Source: Candidatus Woesearchaeota archaeon (lineage in GTDB: Archaea; Nanobdellota; Nanobdellia; Woesearchaeales; UBA9642). Taken from it: 24,000 bases of DNA. The stretch spans positions 2,280-26,279 of the forward strand of contig BPGB01000011.1 in assembly GCA_026002815.1 (NCBI GenBank), given 5' to 3'. A program made the translations under genes and the position numbers. The notes beneath the pieces were generated by a model. That model did not search any database. It saw nothing but the letters and a program-made list of their open reading frames with translations, and was not told the origin of the DNA. Shown here one piece after another: positions 1 through 9,179 of the stretch (its first letter is position 1; each line of letters starts with the position of its first letter).

Positions 1-74
1 CAGTAATAATAGAGTGAAATTAGTTATATTATCTATTATTTTATTAACATTAATATACACAGTATTGAAGAACT

Positions 75-317
75 ATGGAATCAATAAAAAAAATATTTAC
101 AGGTTATTTAAACTGGGCAAAAGACGAATTGGGAATATTGGAACATTCAAAAATAGAGAGAGCAAAGAAAAGATTTGAAGTTTGTATTGGGTGTGAAAAT
201 TTTGATTCTGAAAATAACAAATGTAAATTATGTACTTGTCCTTCAGGGTCAATAAGGGCAAGAATTTTTTCTGATATAAATGCATGTCCTGATACTCCAT
301 CCAGATGGAAAGAATAA
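75..317 (+). CDS. small cysteine-rich hypothetical phage protein
   Basis: Intact 80-aa ORF with clustered Cys residues (CIGCENFD...CKLCTC), suggesting metal binding. Collinear with the neighbouring genes. Confidence 0.65.
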   Translation: MESIKKIFTGYLNWAKDELGILEHSKIERAKKRFEVCIGCENFDSENNKCKLCTCPSGSIRARIFSDINACPDTPSRWKE

Positions 318-535
318 AATATAAAAAAGAAGAAGTTAAATGGGTAGATTGTCATTCATTGGATCAATGGAGAGATCCTGAGGTTGAAGAATTATATATA
401 ATAACAACAATAGGATTTAATGTATATGAAGATGAAACACAGGTGCAAATTGCATCTTCTGTAGGAGCAGATAATCAATGTGCATGTACAATGGTAATCC
501 CCAAAACTGCAATACGTTACAGAAAAAAACTATGA
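305..535 (+). CDS. hypothetical protein
   Basis: 76-aa ORF with a short overlap with the preceding gene, same strand. Confidence 0.55.
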   Translation: MERIKYKKEEVKWVDCHSLDQWRDPEVEELYIITTIGFNVYEDETQVQIASSVGADNQCACTMVIPKTAIRYRKKL

Positions 536-584
536 AAATTATTGAAGAGATTATTTCTACTTCTTATAAAAAGAATAAAAAAGG

Positions 585-3413
585 ATGAAGATTAAAGATT
601 TGTTTGGGATATGTTTTTATTACTGGTATGGCTCAGGTGGACATCAGTCAATAGGAAAATTACCTCTTTCAGTCCAGAATACTGAACTTATTAATGCAGA
701 TGGTAAATGGGTTAGTACTATAAGAAATACTAATGAATTCAAACTTCATAGAGCATTTGTAGATAATTGGATTGTAGTACCTGAAACTGAGTCTAATAAT
801 CAAACATTTACACTTAAAACAAATCCTACAGAACAGAATTTTTACTTTGATGAGTATTTTAAACTCATGAAAGCCAATGGTATTACAAATATCTGGTGTG
901 CTTCAGGATGTTTTGACTGGTATAAACCATTTCTTGGTTCTAATTCACAAAGAAAATCTGCCTGTTATGACCCAAGACTTTCTCCATCTGACCCGGCAGC
1001 ATGGAAAGATTTTGCTCATCTTTGTAAGTTAATAGCTCAAAAGTACAATGATACAGGTCTGGTAGATTATATTCAGTGTTTAAATGAGTGGGATTTCAGA
1101 TGGAATGTGGCACGGGTAATTACTCCGGAAGAATATGCCGTATGTTTCAAACAGTGTTATGATGCTATAAGAAGTGTATCACAATCACAAAAGATAATGG
1201 CAGGTTGTACATTAACCCCTGATATGGATACTGCTATAAGATTTGTAAATAAACTTGAACAACTTTATCAGGATGAAGGTAAATCCATGCCAACTGACTG
1301 GGTTTATACTTTTAATAACTATATCAGAACTGAATCCAATAATCAAGGTTCTGGTGTAGGAGCTACAGCAGAAGAAGTAGATAGATATAATGTATTCTTT
1401 AAACCACTTAATGATTTTCTTACAGAAAAAAATATAGATGGTTTTGCTTGTACAGAATCAGGATGGAATACTTCTCCATCTACTTCTGTATCAGCCATGA
1501 AATCCAAAGCCCCCTCATTAGAAGGATTTTCAATTGAAGAAGCTCAGGGTATTCTCATGATAAGAACAACTTTGATACTTGCATCTCTTCCAAAATTTAA
1601 AGGAATTACATATTATCATTGTCGTGATGAATATGAAGCAGAACCATTTACTTATATGGGGGTTAACAGAAAAGACTGGACACCAAAACCAGCAAGGATA
1701 ATAATACAGCAGTTTCTAAATGAATATGGAAATAATGAGGTTAAATCATTTTTTAGAACAGGAGATACATATCATGTAATATTGGATAATAATAATACAT
1801 TATCATGGACGGATAAAACAAATATAGGAACATTAACACCAATGCCAAAGAAAACAGTTATGAAACATTTGGAAGTAAAAAACAATAGATTATATCTGGA
1901 TAATGAATTATTTAAAATTATAGAAGCTAATTCCCCTGAAACACGATTAAAAGAATGTTCTATACAGGAACTGAATGAACTGAATTCTTACGGTGTAAAT
2001 ACAATTTATGCAACTTGTTTTGGAAAAGATGGGTCAGTTCCAGTCACACCATTTATAAATAATGACCCAAATCAAGGATTTGATGATAATAAAGTAAATA
2101 GATGGCTTACATATCTTGAATACTGGGTTTATGGATTTGAAAACAAACATATATGTCACTTGCTTTTATCAGAAAAAGAAACACATTATAGTCTTTCTGA
2201 ACAAAAGCATAAGGAAATGATTGATTATTTAACCAATAAATTCAAATCAATAGAAGGTTATATAATCTGGGACAGAGAAGAACTTGACCAGGGTAAATCA
2301 GATTATATAAATACATTTTATTCTTATCTTAAACAGAAAGCTCCTTATTCTATAAGAGCAATGCATAATAACACAAATGAAAATCCATGGGCTGGTTTTG
2401 AAAATTCAGATTTAATTCAGCTTTTATCTCTTCAGGAATGGCAAGGTAATTTTGACAGAAGAATCAGAGAATTAACAACTAATACACAGTGGGCAGTATA
2501 TGTATCTGAAGTAACTGGTGGGTTTCAACCAAATGATATTCAAAAAACAATTGATTTATGGAATGCTGGTGGGAATAAATCATCTGGTATTGGTTTTTAT
2601 ATTGCATCAAAAGACCAGTCTCCTCCAACATTTCACTCACAATATAAGAATCTTTATCTTAAAGTAGCAGAATTAAATAAACAAATACAACAACCAATTT
2701 ATGGATGTACAGATCCTACAGCACTTAATTATGACCCAAATGCAACCATTGATAATAATACATGTATTTATGAAAATCAAAATGATATTATGACTATAGG
2801 ATATTCAACAAAAGCAGACAGAACTGATTTTAAAGAATTAAATTCAGGAGATACAATTCCTACAGGAACATATTATATTGAAGCAAGGAATGTAAAGGCT
2901 CCTGTATTCTTTACTCTTGAAAAAGATGGTGTAACTTTAGTAAAAGACAAACAGGAAAATATTACTCCTTTTGATCTTGATGGAGGAACTCCCAGAAATT
3001 TTACTAACGGTAATTATTCACTTACAGTAAAAGATAAAACATCACAATTCAGAATAAATTTTGTTGTTGGCACATTATTAAAAACAGGTACATTATCTGT
3101 TACAACTTCACCAATAAAAAGTGGTATTTATATAAATAGTAAGAAAGAAGGTACTGGTTCAATATCATTAATGCTTCCTGTTGGGGATTATACAATTAGT
3201 TATGATGCTGTAGATGGTTATACAACACCAGACCCCCAGACTATAAAAATAACTGAAAATTCTATTATTTCAATAGAAGGAATATATGAACAAATAATTC
3301 ATGAGGAAGTTTATGAAACAAATGAACCAATGGTATTACAATTTACAATTAATGAAATGTCGTTTATGACAAAAAGAGGAAAAGTTACATTAAAATATAA
3401 ACCTGGTGTATAA
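585..3413 (+). CDS. large multidomain glycoside-hydrolase-like (TIM-barrel) protein with GCTDP-type repeat and PEGA-like C-terminal domain
   Basis: 942-aa ORF. Motifs IQCLNEWD and ACTESGWNT resemble clan-A acid/base and nucleophile Glu motifs. It also carries GCTDPTALNYDPNATIDNNTC and a PEGA-like stretch (GTLSVTTSPIKSGIYINSKKEGTG...LPVGDYTISY). Function is inferred from motifs only. Confidence 0.7.
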   Translation: MKIKDLFGICFYYWYGSGGHQSIGKLPLSVQNTELINADGKWVSTIRNTNEFKLHRAFVDNWIVVPETESNNQTFTLKTNPTEQNFYFDEYFKLMKANGITNIWCASGCFDWYKPFLGSNSQRKSACYDPRLSPSDPAAWKDFAHLCKLIAQKYNDTGLVDYIQCLNEWDFRWNVARVITPEEYAVCFKQCYDAIRSVSQSQKIMAGCTLTPDMDTAIRFVNKLEQLYQDEGKSMPTDWVYTFNNYIRTESNNQGSGVGATAEEVDRYNVFFKPLNDFLTEKNIDGFACTESGWNTSPSTSVSAMKSKAPSLEGFSIEEAQGILMIRTTLILASLPKFKGITYYHCRDEYEAEPFTYMGVNRKDWTPKPARIIIQQFLNEYGNNEVKSFFRTGDTYHVILDNNNTLSWTDKTNIGTLTPMPKKTVMKHLEVKNNRLYLDNELFKIIEANSPETRLKECSIQELNELNSYGVNTIYATCFGKDGSVPVTPFINNDPNQGFDDNKVNRWLTYLEYWVYGFENKHICHLLLSEKETHYSLSEQKHKEMIDYLTNKFKSIEGYIIWDREELDQGKSDYINTFYSYLKQKAPYSIRAMHNNTNENPWAGFENSDLIQLLSLQEWQGNFDRRIRELTTNTQWAVYVSEVTGGFQPNDIQKTIDLWNAGGNKSSGIGFYIASKDQSPPTFHSQYKNLYLKVAELNKQIQQPIYGCTDPTALNYDPNATIDNNTCIYENQNDIMTIGYSTKADRTDFKELNSGDTIPTGTYYIEARNVKAPVFFTLEKDGVTLVKDKQENITPFDLDGGTPRNFTNGNYSLTVKDKTSQFRINFVVGTLLKTGTLSVTTSPIKSGIYINSKKEGTGSISLMLPVGDYTISYDAVDGYTTPDPQTIKITENSIISIEGIYEQIIHEEVYETNEPMVLQFTINEMSFMTKRGKVTLKYKPGV

Positions 3414-3930
3414 ATTTATTTCTGAGTTCAATATAGATTCTAATTTTTGGGAATTAAACCCACATTTTAAATATCTTACTGAATTTAAAGAATTATACGA
3501 AAAAGACAAATCAAAAAATAAAGAGTTTTCTTCAAAACAATTATGGGCTATAGCACTATATGTAGATATAAATTCACCATTCAGAAGAATGGCACCTGAA
3601 ATAAGAAAAAAAGAAATTTTAAATTATCTGACAAATAAACATAAATGGGAAGACCTTGAACCATATTTTCAGAAATATGAACAGGTTTGTCTTACTGAAA
3701 AACAACAATTATTCAAATCATGGGGGGATAAACTACGTGCTAGAGAAAAGTTTATAAGAGATACTGAATATAAAGCATCTACTTTTAAAATGCTTGACCA
3801 GATGATGGCGGATACAAAAAAAATGTGGGATAATTATAAGCAGGTAGAAGCTGAAATGATAGAAGAAGCAAGACAAGAAATTATTAGAGGAGGAAGAAAA
3901 AAATCAAAATCTGAACGTAAAGAAATTTAA
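3406..3930 (+). CDS. conserved phage protein preceding the large terminase (possibly small-terminase-like or accessory)
   Basis: 174-aa ORF with a GTG start overlapping the previous stop, ending directly before the terminase ATG. Highly charged and helical in character. Function inferred only from position. Confidence 0.55.
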   Translation: MYKFISEFNIDSNFWELNPHFKYLTEFKELYEKDKSKNKEFSSKQLWAIALYVDINSPFRRMAPEIRKKEILNYLTNKHKWEDLEPYFQKYEQVCLTEKQQLFKSWGDKLRAREKFIRDTEYKASTFKMLDQMMADTKKMWDNYKQVEAEMIEEARQEIIRGGRKKSKSERKEI

Positions 3931-6324
3931 ATGGAATTTATTAAAATAAAAGATTCATCTCCATGGATTATTAAAGAACTAGAACAATACCATCCAGATT
4001 CAGACAGGCATACACAATACTGGAGGTCTCTTAAAAAGAAGGCTATAGAAGGAGTATGGGGAGAGGATTTTAATAATGAATTCAGATTTATGCCTCCAAA
4101 ATTATGGTTTTATATTAATTTTGGAATAATACAAGATGAAGATAAAAAAACTAAAGCAAGAAAGGAAATAAAACCAAAGCTTGCTGATACAATGTGGGAA
4201 ATTTCATATGCTTGTCTTGAAGCAAGAGGTTTTTCAGGATTTGAAGAAGACCATCTCAGAACAGGAGACAGATACATATTAAAATTTTCAAAATCAAGAA
4301 CCCCAACATCAAACATAGACGAATCATTATATTTTAAACCAAATGGTACATTTAAAGATTTTGTTGAACCAAGAGAACTATTAAGGTCAAGACATGATAA
4401 ACCATATGGTTGTCCCTTATATAATAACGATGCAAAAAATCTTATTATTCTTGGTGCAAGGTCTGGTGGTAAAAGTTTTTATATAGCTGTAGCAGAATTA
4501 TTACATGAAATATTGTTTGACGGTGCAAAAAAATATACTGAAGAATCAATAAAGAATCCAACTAAAGTAGAAGTATTTCTTGGTTCAGCTATTGCTTCAA
4601 AATCAAATGAAACTGCACAGAAAATAAAAGCAGCACAAAATGCACTTGCAATAAGACAGGATTTAGGTGCATGGGGAGAATTACATGATATAGATTATGA
4701 ACCATCTCCTTTTTATAAAGATATGGTGGGAGATATTCTTGCAAATAATATGCGTTCTCCATGGAGACATGAATATGAGGAAAAAGTAAATGGAAGATGG
4801 GTAGTTTCCGGAACCAAATCAGTTTTAAAACATGGAGTATATACAAAAGAAAATTTACAAGCTGCAGCAGGTGGTAGATATACTATAATGTTTGGGGAAG
4901 AAGTGGGTCTTTGGCCAAATGTAATAATACCACACTGGTCTAATGAGGCATGTATGAGGATTGGTACAAGAAAGTTTGGGTCTGCTTTTTATGTAGGTAC
5001 AGCAGGGAATATGGAAAAAATTATAGAATCACAGGAAATATTTGAAGCTCCTGATGAATATAATATGTTGTCATATCCAAATGATTGGGAAAATATGTCA
5101 ACACAAAAAATAGGATTTTTCCTTCCGGCTTATTATACAAATTTTGATTTTAAAGATGAACATGGTAATACTGATGTAGAAGCTGCAAAAAAACATTATG
5201 AAGAATTACATGAAAAAGCCAAACAATCAAAGAATTCAGCAGCCTATGAAGGAGAATTGATGAATACTCCTATTTATCCATCACAGATGTTTATACAAAA
5301 ACAAGGTAATATATTCCCTATTGCTGAATTAAAAGACCATTTAAAATCACTTGAATATTCTGAAGCTTATAAATATGCAACTAATGTAACTCTTAAATTT
5401 GACCCAAAAAGTATTTCAGGAGTTTCATATGAACCGGATACAAAAGGTGAATTGAAACCACTTGATAGGTTTCCATTACCACAGAATGAAACAAATAGAG
5501 AAGGATGTGTAGTAATATATGAGTTTCCAATAACAGATGAAACAGGAAAAGTTCCTCCGGGATTATATATAATAGGACATGACCCTGTAGCAAAAGATGA
5601 TGTGAATGGTGATTCACTGTCTGCTATATATGTACTTAAGACCAAAAAGTATTTTCATAAATATGGTCATGATGAAATAGTTGCAACATATGTTGGAAGA
5701 CCATATGGTGGAATGGAACAGGTAAATGAAACTCTTGAAAAACTGGCTATGTTTTATGGTGCTTCTCCACGAATGATATATTTTGAAAATATGGTTGGGG
5801 AAGTAAAACCTTATTTTGAAAAGAAAAAGAAATTAATACTTCTTGCAACCCAACCACAAACTGTTCTTACCAATACCCACAAATCCCGTATGTCAAAACT
5901 TGTATATGGTTATCCAATGTCAAACCAGTATATTAAACAGGAAACATGCAGATATATAAGACAATGGTTACTTGATGAATGGGGCAAAGATGATAAAGGA
6001 AATGTTCTATTAAATCTTCACAAAATACGAGACAGAGCATTAATACAGGAATTAATTGCATTTAATATGAAGAATATGAATGCAGACAGAGTTATGGCAT
6101 TTGGAGGATGTATAATAGGGCTTGAAGAAACACATAATCAGTTTATAAATGCAATTGAAGATGCAAAAAAACCAAATTCAGTAATAAATTTTTTAAAAAG
6201 AGGAGCAGAATATTTAAAAGGTAATGAGTACTATATCCCAACCAAAACAAAAACTAAGCCTGAACAAGAAAAACAAGCTTTGGAGGAAAGAAAATGTAGA
6301 TTTCCTTTGCTCTCAAGCCAATGA
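3931..6324 (+). CDS. terL: terminase large subunit
   Basis: 797-aa ORF. Walker A-like NLIILGARSGGKSF, Walker B-like YTIMFGEE, and a C-terminal nuclease-like YIIGHDPVAKDDVNGDSLSAIYV followed by MIYFENMVGE. Confidence 0.9.
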   Translation: MEFIKIKDSSPWIIKELEQYHPDSDRHTQYWRSLKKKAIEGVWGEDFNNEFRFMPPKLWFYINFGIIQDEDKKTKARKEIKPKLADTMWEISYACLEARGFSGFEEDHLRTGDRYILKFSKSRTPTSNIDESLYFKPNGTFKDFVEPRELLRSRHDKPYGCPLYNNDAKNLIILGARSGGKSFYIAVAELLHEILFDGAKKYTEESIKNPTKVEVFLGSAIASKSNETAQKIKAAQNALAIRQDLGAWGELHDIDYEPSPFYKDMVGDILANNMRSPWRHEYEEKVNGRWVVSGTKSVLKHGVYTKENLQAAAGGRYTIMFGEEVGLWPNVIIPHWSNEACMRIGTRKFGSAFYVGTAGNMEKIIESQEIFEAPDEYNMLSYPNDWENMSTQKIGFFLPAYYTNFDFKDEHGNTDVEAAKKHYEELHEKAKQSKNSAAYEGELMNTPIYPSQMFIQKQGNIFPIAELKDHLKSLEYSEAYKYATNVTLKFDPKSISGVSYEPDTKGELKPLDRFPLPQNETNREGCVVIYEFPITDETGKVPPGLYIIGHDPVAKDDVNGDSLSAIYVLKTKKYFHKYGHDEIVATYVGRPYGGMEQVNETLEKLAMFYGASPRMIYFENMVGEVKPYFEKKKKLILLATQPQTVLTNTHKSRMSKLVYGYPMSNQYIKQETCRYIRQWLLDEWGKDDKGNVLLNLHKIRDRALIQELIAFNMKNMNADRVMAFGGCIIGLEETHNQFINAIEDAKKPNSVINFLKRGAEYLKGNEYYIPTKTKTKPEQEKQALEERKCRFPLLSSQ

Positions 6325-8746
6325 TTACTACTCAACTGAGTGGTACAGGATACAAAGTAATTATAATCTCCTTAATAATATTATAAATCAGGAGGAATTT
6401 CAGAAATTATGTGACCCTTTGAAACTTGATATGGGTAAAGACTATGTGCAGGCATTTAACCAAATGCATAATAAAATTAATGTTCTTAAAGGAGAAGAAT
6501 CAAAATTACCCTGGTCTTTTAATGTTATAGCATATTCACCTGAAGCAGCAAATGAAATAAACAGAAGAAAAACAAAAGAAATAAAAAACTATATTTCCTT
6601 TCAAATTCAAAAAGAACTATCATTAGCTCAGGCAAGGATACAACAGCAGGTTATGTTGGAAACACAACAAGTTTCACAGGAAGAAGCAGAACAGTTCTTT
6701 AAACAGAGAGTACAAGAGCTTGAAGAACAAGAAAAAGAATTCCTGAATCCTGAAGAAATAATAAATAAATACAGAAAATTCAGACTTAACGAAGAAATAG
6801 CATTAAGTAAAATCTTAATTAACCAACGTGACAGATTGAAACTAAGGCATCTCAAAAATGAATCATATGAAGCAGCACTTGTTGCAGGAATTGAAGCTAT
6901 AAAAGTAGCACCAGTAAATGGTATAGAACAAGTAGAAGTTTTAAATCCACTTGGATTAGCTTATCATAAATCTCCCGAAATACAATTCATAGAAGATGGT
7001 GATTGGGTGGTATATAAACAGGAAAAAACTATTGCTGATGTTATAGATGAATATGGTGATAGATTACATCCGGATGACCTTAATGAATTGGAAACAAGAT
7101 TGTCAAGAGTTTATGGAACTGACGCAAAAATGTATTCCAAAGATGCTTATTCTCCATCACATTGGGAAAATTTATCTAAATATAACAGAACATTTGGATT
7201 TAATGATGTACCCCATACAGGACAATACGGACAATCTGTTGCAAATTATCATGATTATTTAACAGTTTATACTTGTTATTGGAGGTCACAGAGAAAAGTA
7301 TATTTTTTATCATGGGTAGATGATTATGGTAATGAACAAATGGACATAGTATCTGAAGATTTTATAATCCCTGAAAATCATACTGAAAGACGAGTCAAAG
7401 ATGAAGTAAACAATATTACAAAAAAAATAATTCAGTGGTTGGACCCTGAAACCCAAATTGTTTATTCTCTGGAAGAAAAATGGATACCACAGATTTGGGA
7501 AGGTACAAGAATTGAAGATCATATTTATGTTGATATACAACCAGTACCCTGGATTAATACTTCAATAGAAAGACCATATGATGTAAAACTACCTATATAT
7601 GGAGCACCATATTCAGCAAAAAATGCTCCAATAACATCTTTATTTGACAGAGGAGTTCCATGGCAGAAACTTTATCTTTTTGTGATGGCAAAATGGCTGA
7701 AATTAATACAACAGGATAGAGGAGTAGTTCATACCTTTAATACTTTAATGGTAGATGAACAATTAGGGATTGATGAAACGCTCAGATATATGTTTGATAT
7801 GGGGTTTATTCCTATTAATCCTATTGCAAATGCTGAAGCAGCACAGATTTTAGGAAACACACTTAAAATGGCTGAAACAATCAACCTATCTAATTCAAAT
7901 CAGCTTTCTCAATACACCCAGATACTTGCATTCATAGAACAACAAATAGGAATTTCAATGGGAGTACCACGTGAAAGAGAAGCAAGAACAAGTCCAAATA
8001 CTAATGTTACTGATAATCAACAAGATTTGATACAATCTTCCCATATTACCCAACCAATCCTGGCACTACATAATATTATATGGGAAAATGTACTTAATGC
8101 TTTACTTAATCTGACAAAAGAAAGAATTAAAAAAGGTGCTAAAACATGGAGATTTATTTTATCAGATGAAGAAATAGCTACTATAGAAATAAGTCCTGAA
8201 AATCTTGACAACTTTGATTTTGGAGTATATGTTAAACAAAATGAAAAAGCAAGAGAAGTATTAAAGCAAGCACAATTACATGCTCAGGCTTTAATACAAA
8301 ATGATAAATTAAATCTTTCAACTTTCATAGGAATGCTTGAAACTGAAAATTTAGGTGAATTTAAACAAATGGTCCGACAAATGGAAAATGAACTTTCTCA
8401 AAGAGAATTACAATTACAACAACAGCGATTGGAAGCTCAGGCTAAACAACAGGAGAGAGAAATTGAATGGAGAGAAGACCAGCAACAACATGAAATAGCT
8501 ATGGAAGAAATGAAAGGAAATATCCAGAAAGAAATAACTGTTTTAAAAGAACAATCCAAAAACCCTGAGCAAAAAGATGATACTCTTGAACTTAAAAAAC
8601 TTGAACAAAAAGAAAAAGAACTCAAAGAAAAAATTGAGATTGAGAGGAAAAAAATTTTACAGAAACAAAAAGAATCAGATGAAAATATTAAACTTGAAAA
8701 AGAAAAACTCAAACTAAATGAAAAATTAAAAAATAAAAAATCCTAA
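6224..8746 (+). CDS. portal protein (putative)
   Basis: 840-aa ORF immediately after terL, with size and position typical of large Bacteroidota-phage portals. The C-terminus is a Gln/Glu/Lys-rich coiled coil. It overlaps the terL 3' end by about 101 nt. Confidence 0.75.
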   Translation: MSTISQPKQKLSLNKKNKLWRKENVDFLCSQANDYYSTEWYRIQSNYNLLNNIINQEEFQKLCDPLKLDMGKDYVQAFNQMHNKINVLKGEESKLPWSFNVIAYSPEAANEINRRKTKEIKNYISFQIQKELSLAQARIQQQVMLETQQVSQEEAEQFFKQRVQELEEQEKEFLNPEEIINKYRKFRLNEEIALSKILINQRDRLKLRHLKNESYEAALVAGIEAIKVAPVNGIEQVEVLNPLGLAYHKSPEIQFIEDGDWVVYKQEKTIADVIDEYGDRLHPDDLNELETRLSRVYGTDAKMYSKDAYSPSHWENLSKYNRTFGFNDVPHTGQYGQSVANYHDYLTVYTCYWRSQRKVYFLSWVDDYGNEQMDIVSEDFIIPENHTERRVKDEVNNITKKIIQWLDPETQIVYSLEEKWIPQIWEGTRIEDHIYVDIQPVPWINTSIERPYDVKLPIYGAPYSAKNAPITSLFDRGVPWQKLYLFVMAKWLKLIQQDRGVVHTFNTLMVDEQLGIDETLRYMFDMGFIPINPIANAEAAQILGNTLKMAETINLSNSNQLSQYTQILAFIEQQIGISMGVPREREARTSPNTNVTDNQQDLIQSSHITQPILALHNIIWENVLNALLNLTKERIKKGAKTWRFILSDEEIATIEISPENLDNFDFGVYVKQNEKAREVLKQAQLHAQALIQNDKLNLSTFIGMLETENLGEFKQMVRQMENELSQRELQLQQQRLEAQAKQQEREIEWREDQQQHEIAMEEMKGNIQKEITVLKEQSKNPEQKDDTLELKKLEQKEKELKEKIEIERKKILQKQKESDENIKLEKEKLKLNEKLKNKKS

Positions 8747-8850
8747 CTAAACACCAAAAAGAAAATTTAGACACATAAATAAATAATCTAAAAAACTGGT
8801 TTTATCAAAAAAATTCTTATATTTATACCAGAAATAAACTAAATCAATTA

Positions 8851-9000
8851 ATGACAGACAGAATTGCAAAACCGTTTTTGAAGTGGGCAGGTGGTAAAAC
8901 TCAGCTTATAAACACTATTGAAAATGCTTTGCCCAAAGACATTTACAGTAACAAATTCACATACATTGAGCCCTTTGTTGGAAGTGGTGCAGTTTTATAA
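8851..9000 (+). pseudogene. truncated N-terminal fragment of a Dam/DpnII-type DNA adenine methyltransferase
   Basis: Direct translation [49 protein letters not shown]. It has the N-terminal KWAGGK(T/R)QL motif and the FVGSGAV SAM-binding motif of D12-class methylases. It stops after 49 aa at the junction with the inserted element. Confidence 0.85.
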
Positions 9001-9014
9001 AACGGAGCGTAAAA

Positions 9015-9037
9015 CCCACAAATCTTTAGTTTGTGGG
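9015..9037. repeat. left-end subterminal hairpin of the IS200/IS605-like element
   Basis: Perfect 8-bp stem with 7-nt loop: CCCACAAA-TCTTTAG-TTTGTGGG. Confidence 0.85.
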
Positions 9038-9047
9038 ATGTAAGCGA

Positions 9048-9134
9048 CTAGCCCTGATTGAGAATATACTCACGAATGGTATCAGGAGAAGCCTCACCAA
9101 TTGAGCAAACGAAATAACCATCTGAACGAAACTT
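9048..9134 (-). pseudogene. tnpA: C-terminal remnant of an IS200/IS605 TnpA (Y1 transposase)
   Basis: The reverse complement translates as KFRSDGYFVCSIGEASPDTIREYILNQG*, matching the GYF.CS.G..S...I..YI..Q C-terminal Tyr-helix region of Y1 transposases. An in-frame stop lies immediately upstream at 9135-9137 and the HUH domain is absent. Confidence 0.85.
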
Positions 9135-9144
9135 TTACAAAAAC

Positions 9145-9175
9145 TTGAAATATGTGTGAATAATTAGTATCTTTG
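9145..9175 (+). promoter_or_regulatory. candidate Bacteroidota-type promoter for the GIY-YIG gene
   Basis: TATCTTTG at 9168-9175 fits the TAnnTTTG -7 consensus, with TTG at 9145-9147 and a 20-nt spacer. The ATG begins 4 nt after the motif, suggesting a very short or leaderless mRNA. Confidence 0.5.
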
Positions 9176-9179
9176 CATT

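Noticed and set aside
4110-4316. Minus-strand ORFs within terL, portal, capsid and fibre genes (for example 4110-4316, 6628-6855, 8437-8712, 20618-20941)
   Set aside because: Each lies entirely antisense to a well-supported + strand gene, is low-complexity and lacks recognisable motifs. They are typical by-products of the + strand codon bias.
7047-7262. Short + strand alternate-frame ORFs (7047-7262, 17696-17890, 20112-20327)
   Set aside because: They are nested in another frame inside longer coherent genes and show no independent evidence of coding.
9015-9037. LE hairpin as a terminator for the portal operon
   Set aside because: No T tract follows it, and its loop matches the RE hairpin exactly, so a transposon-end role is better supported.
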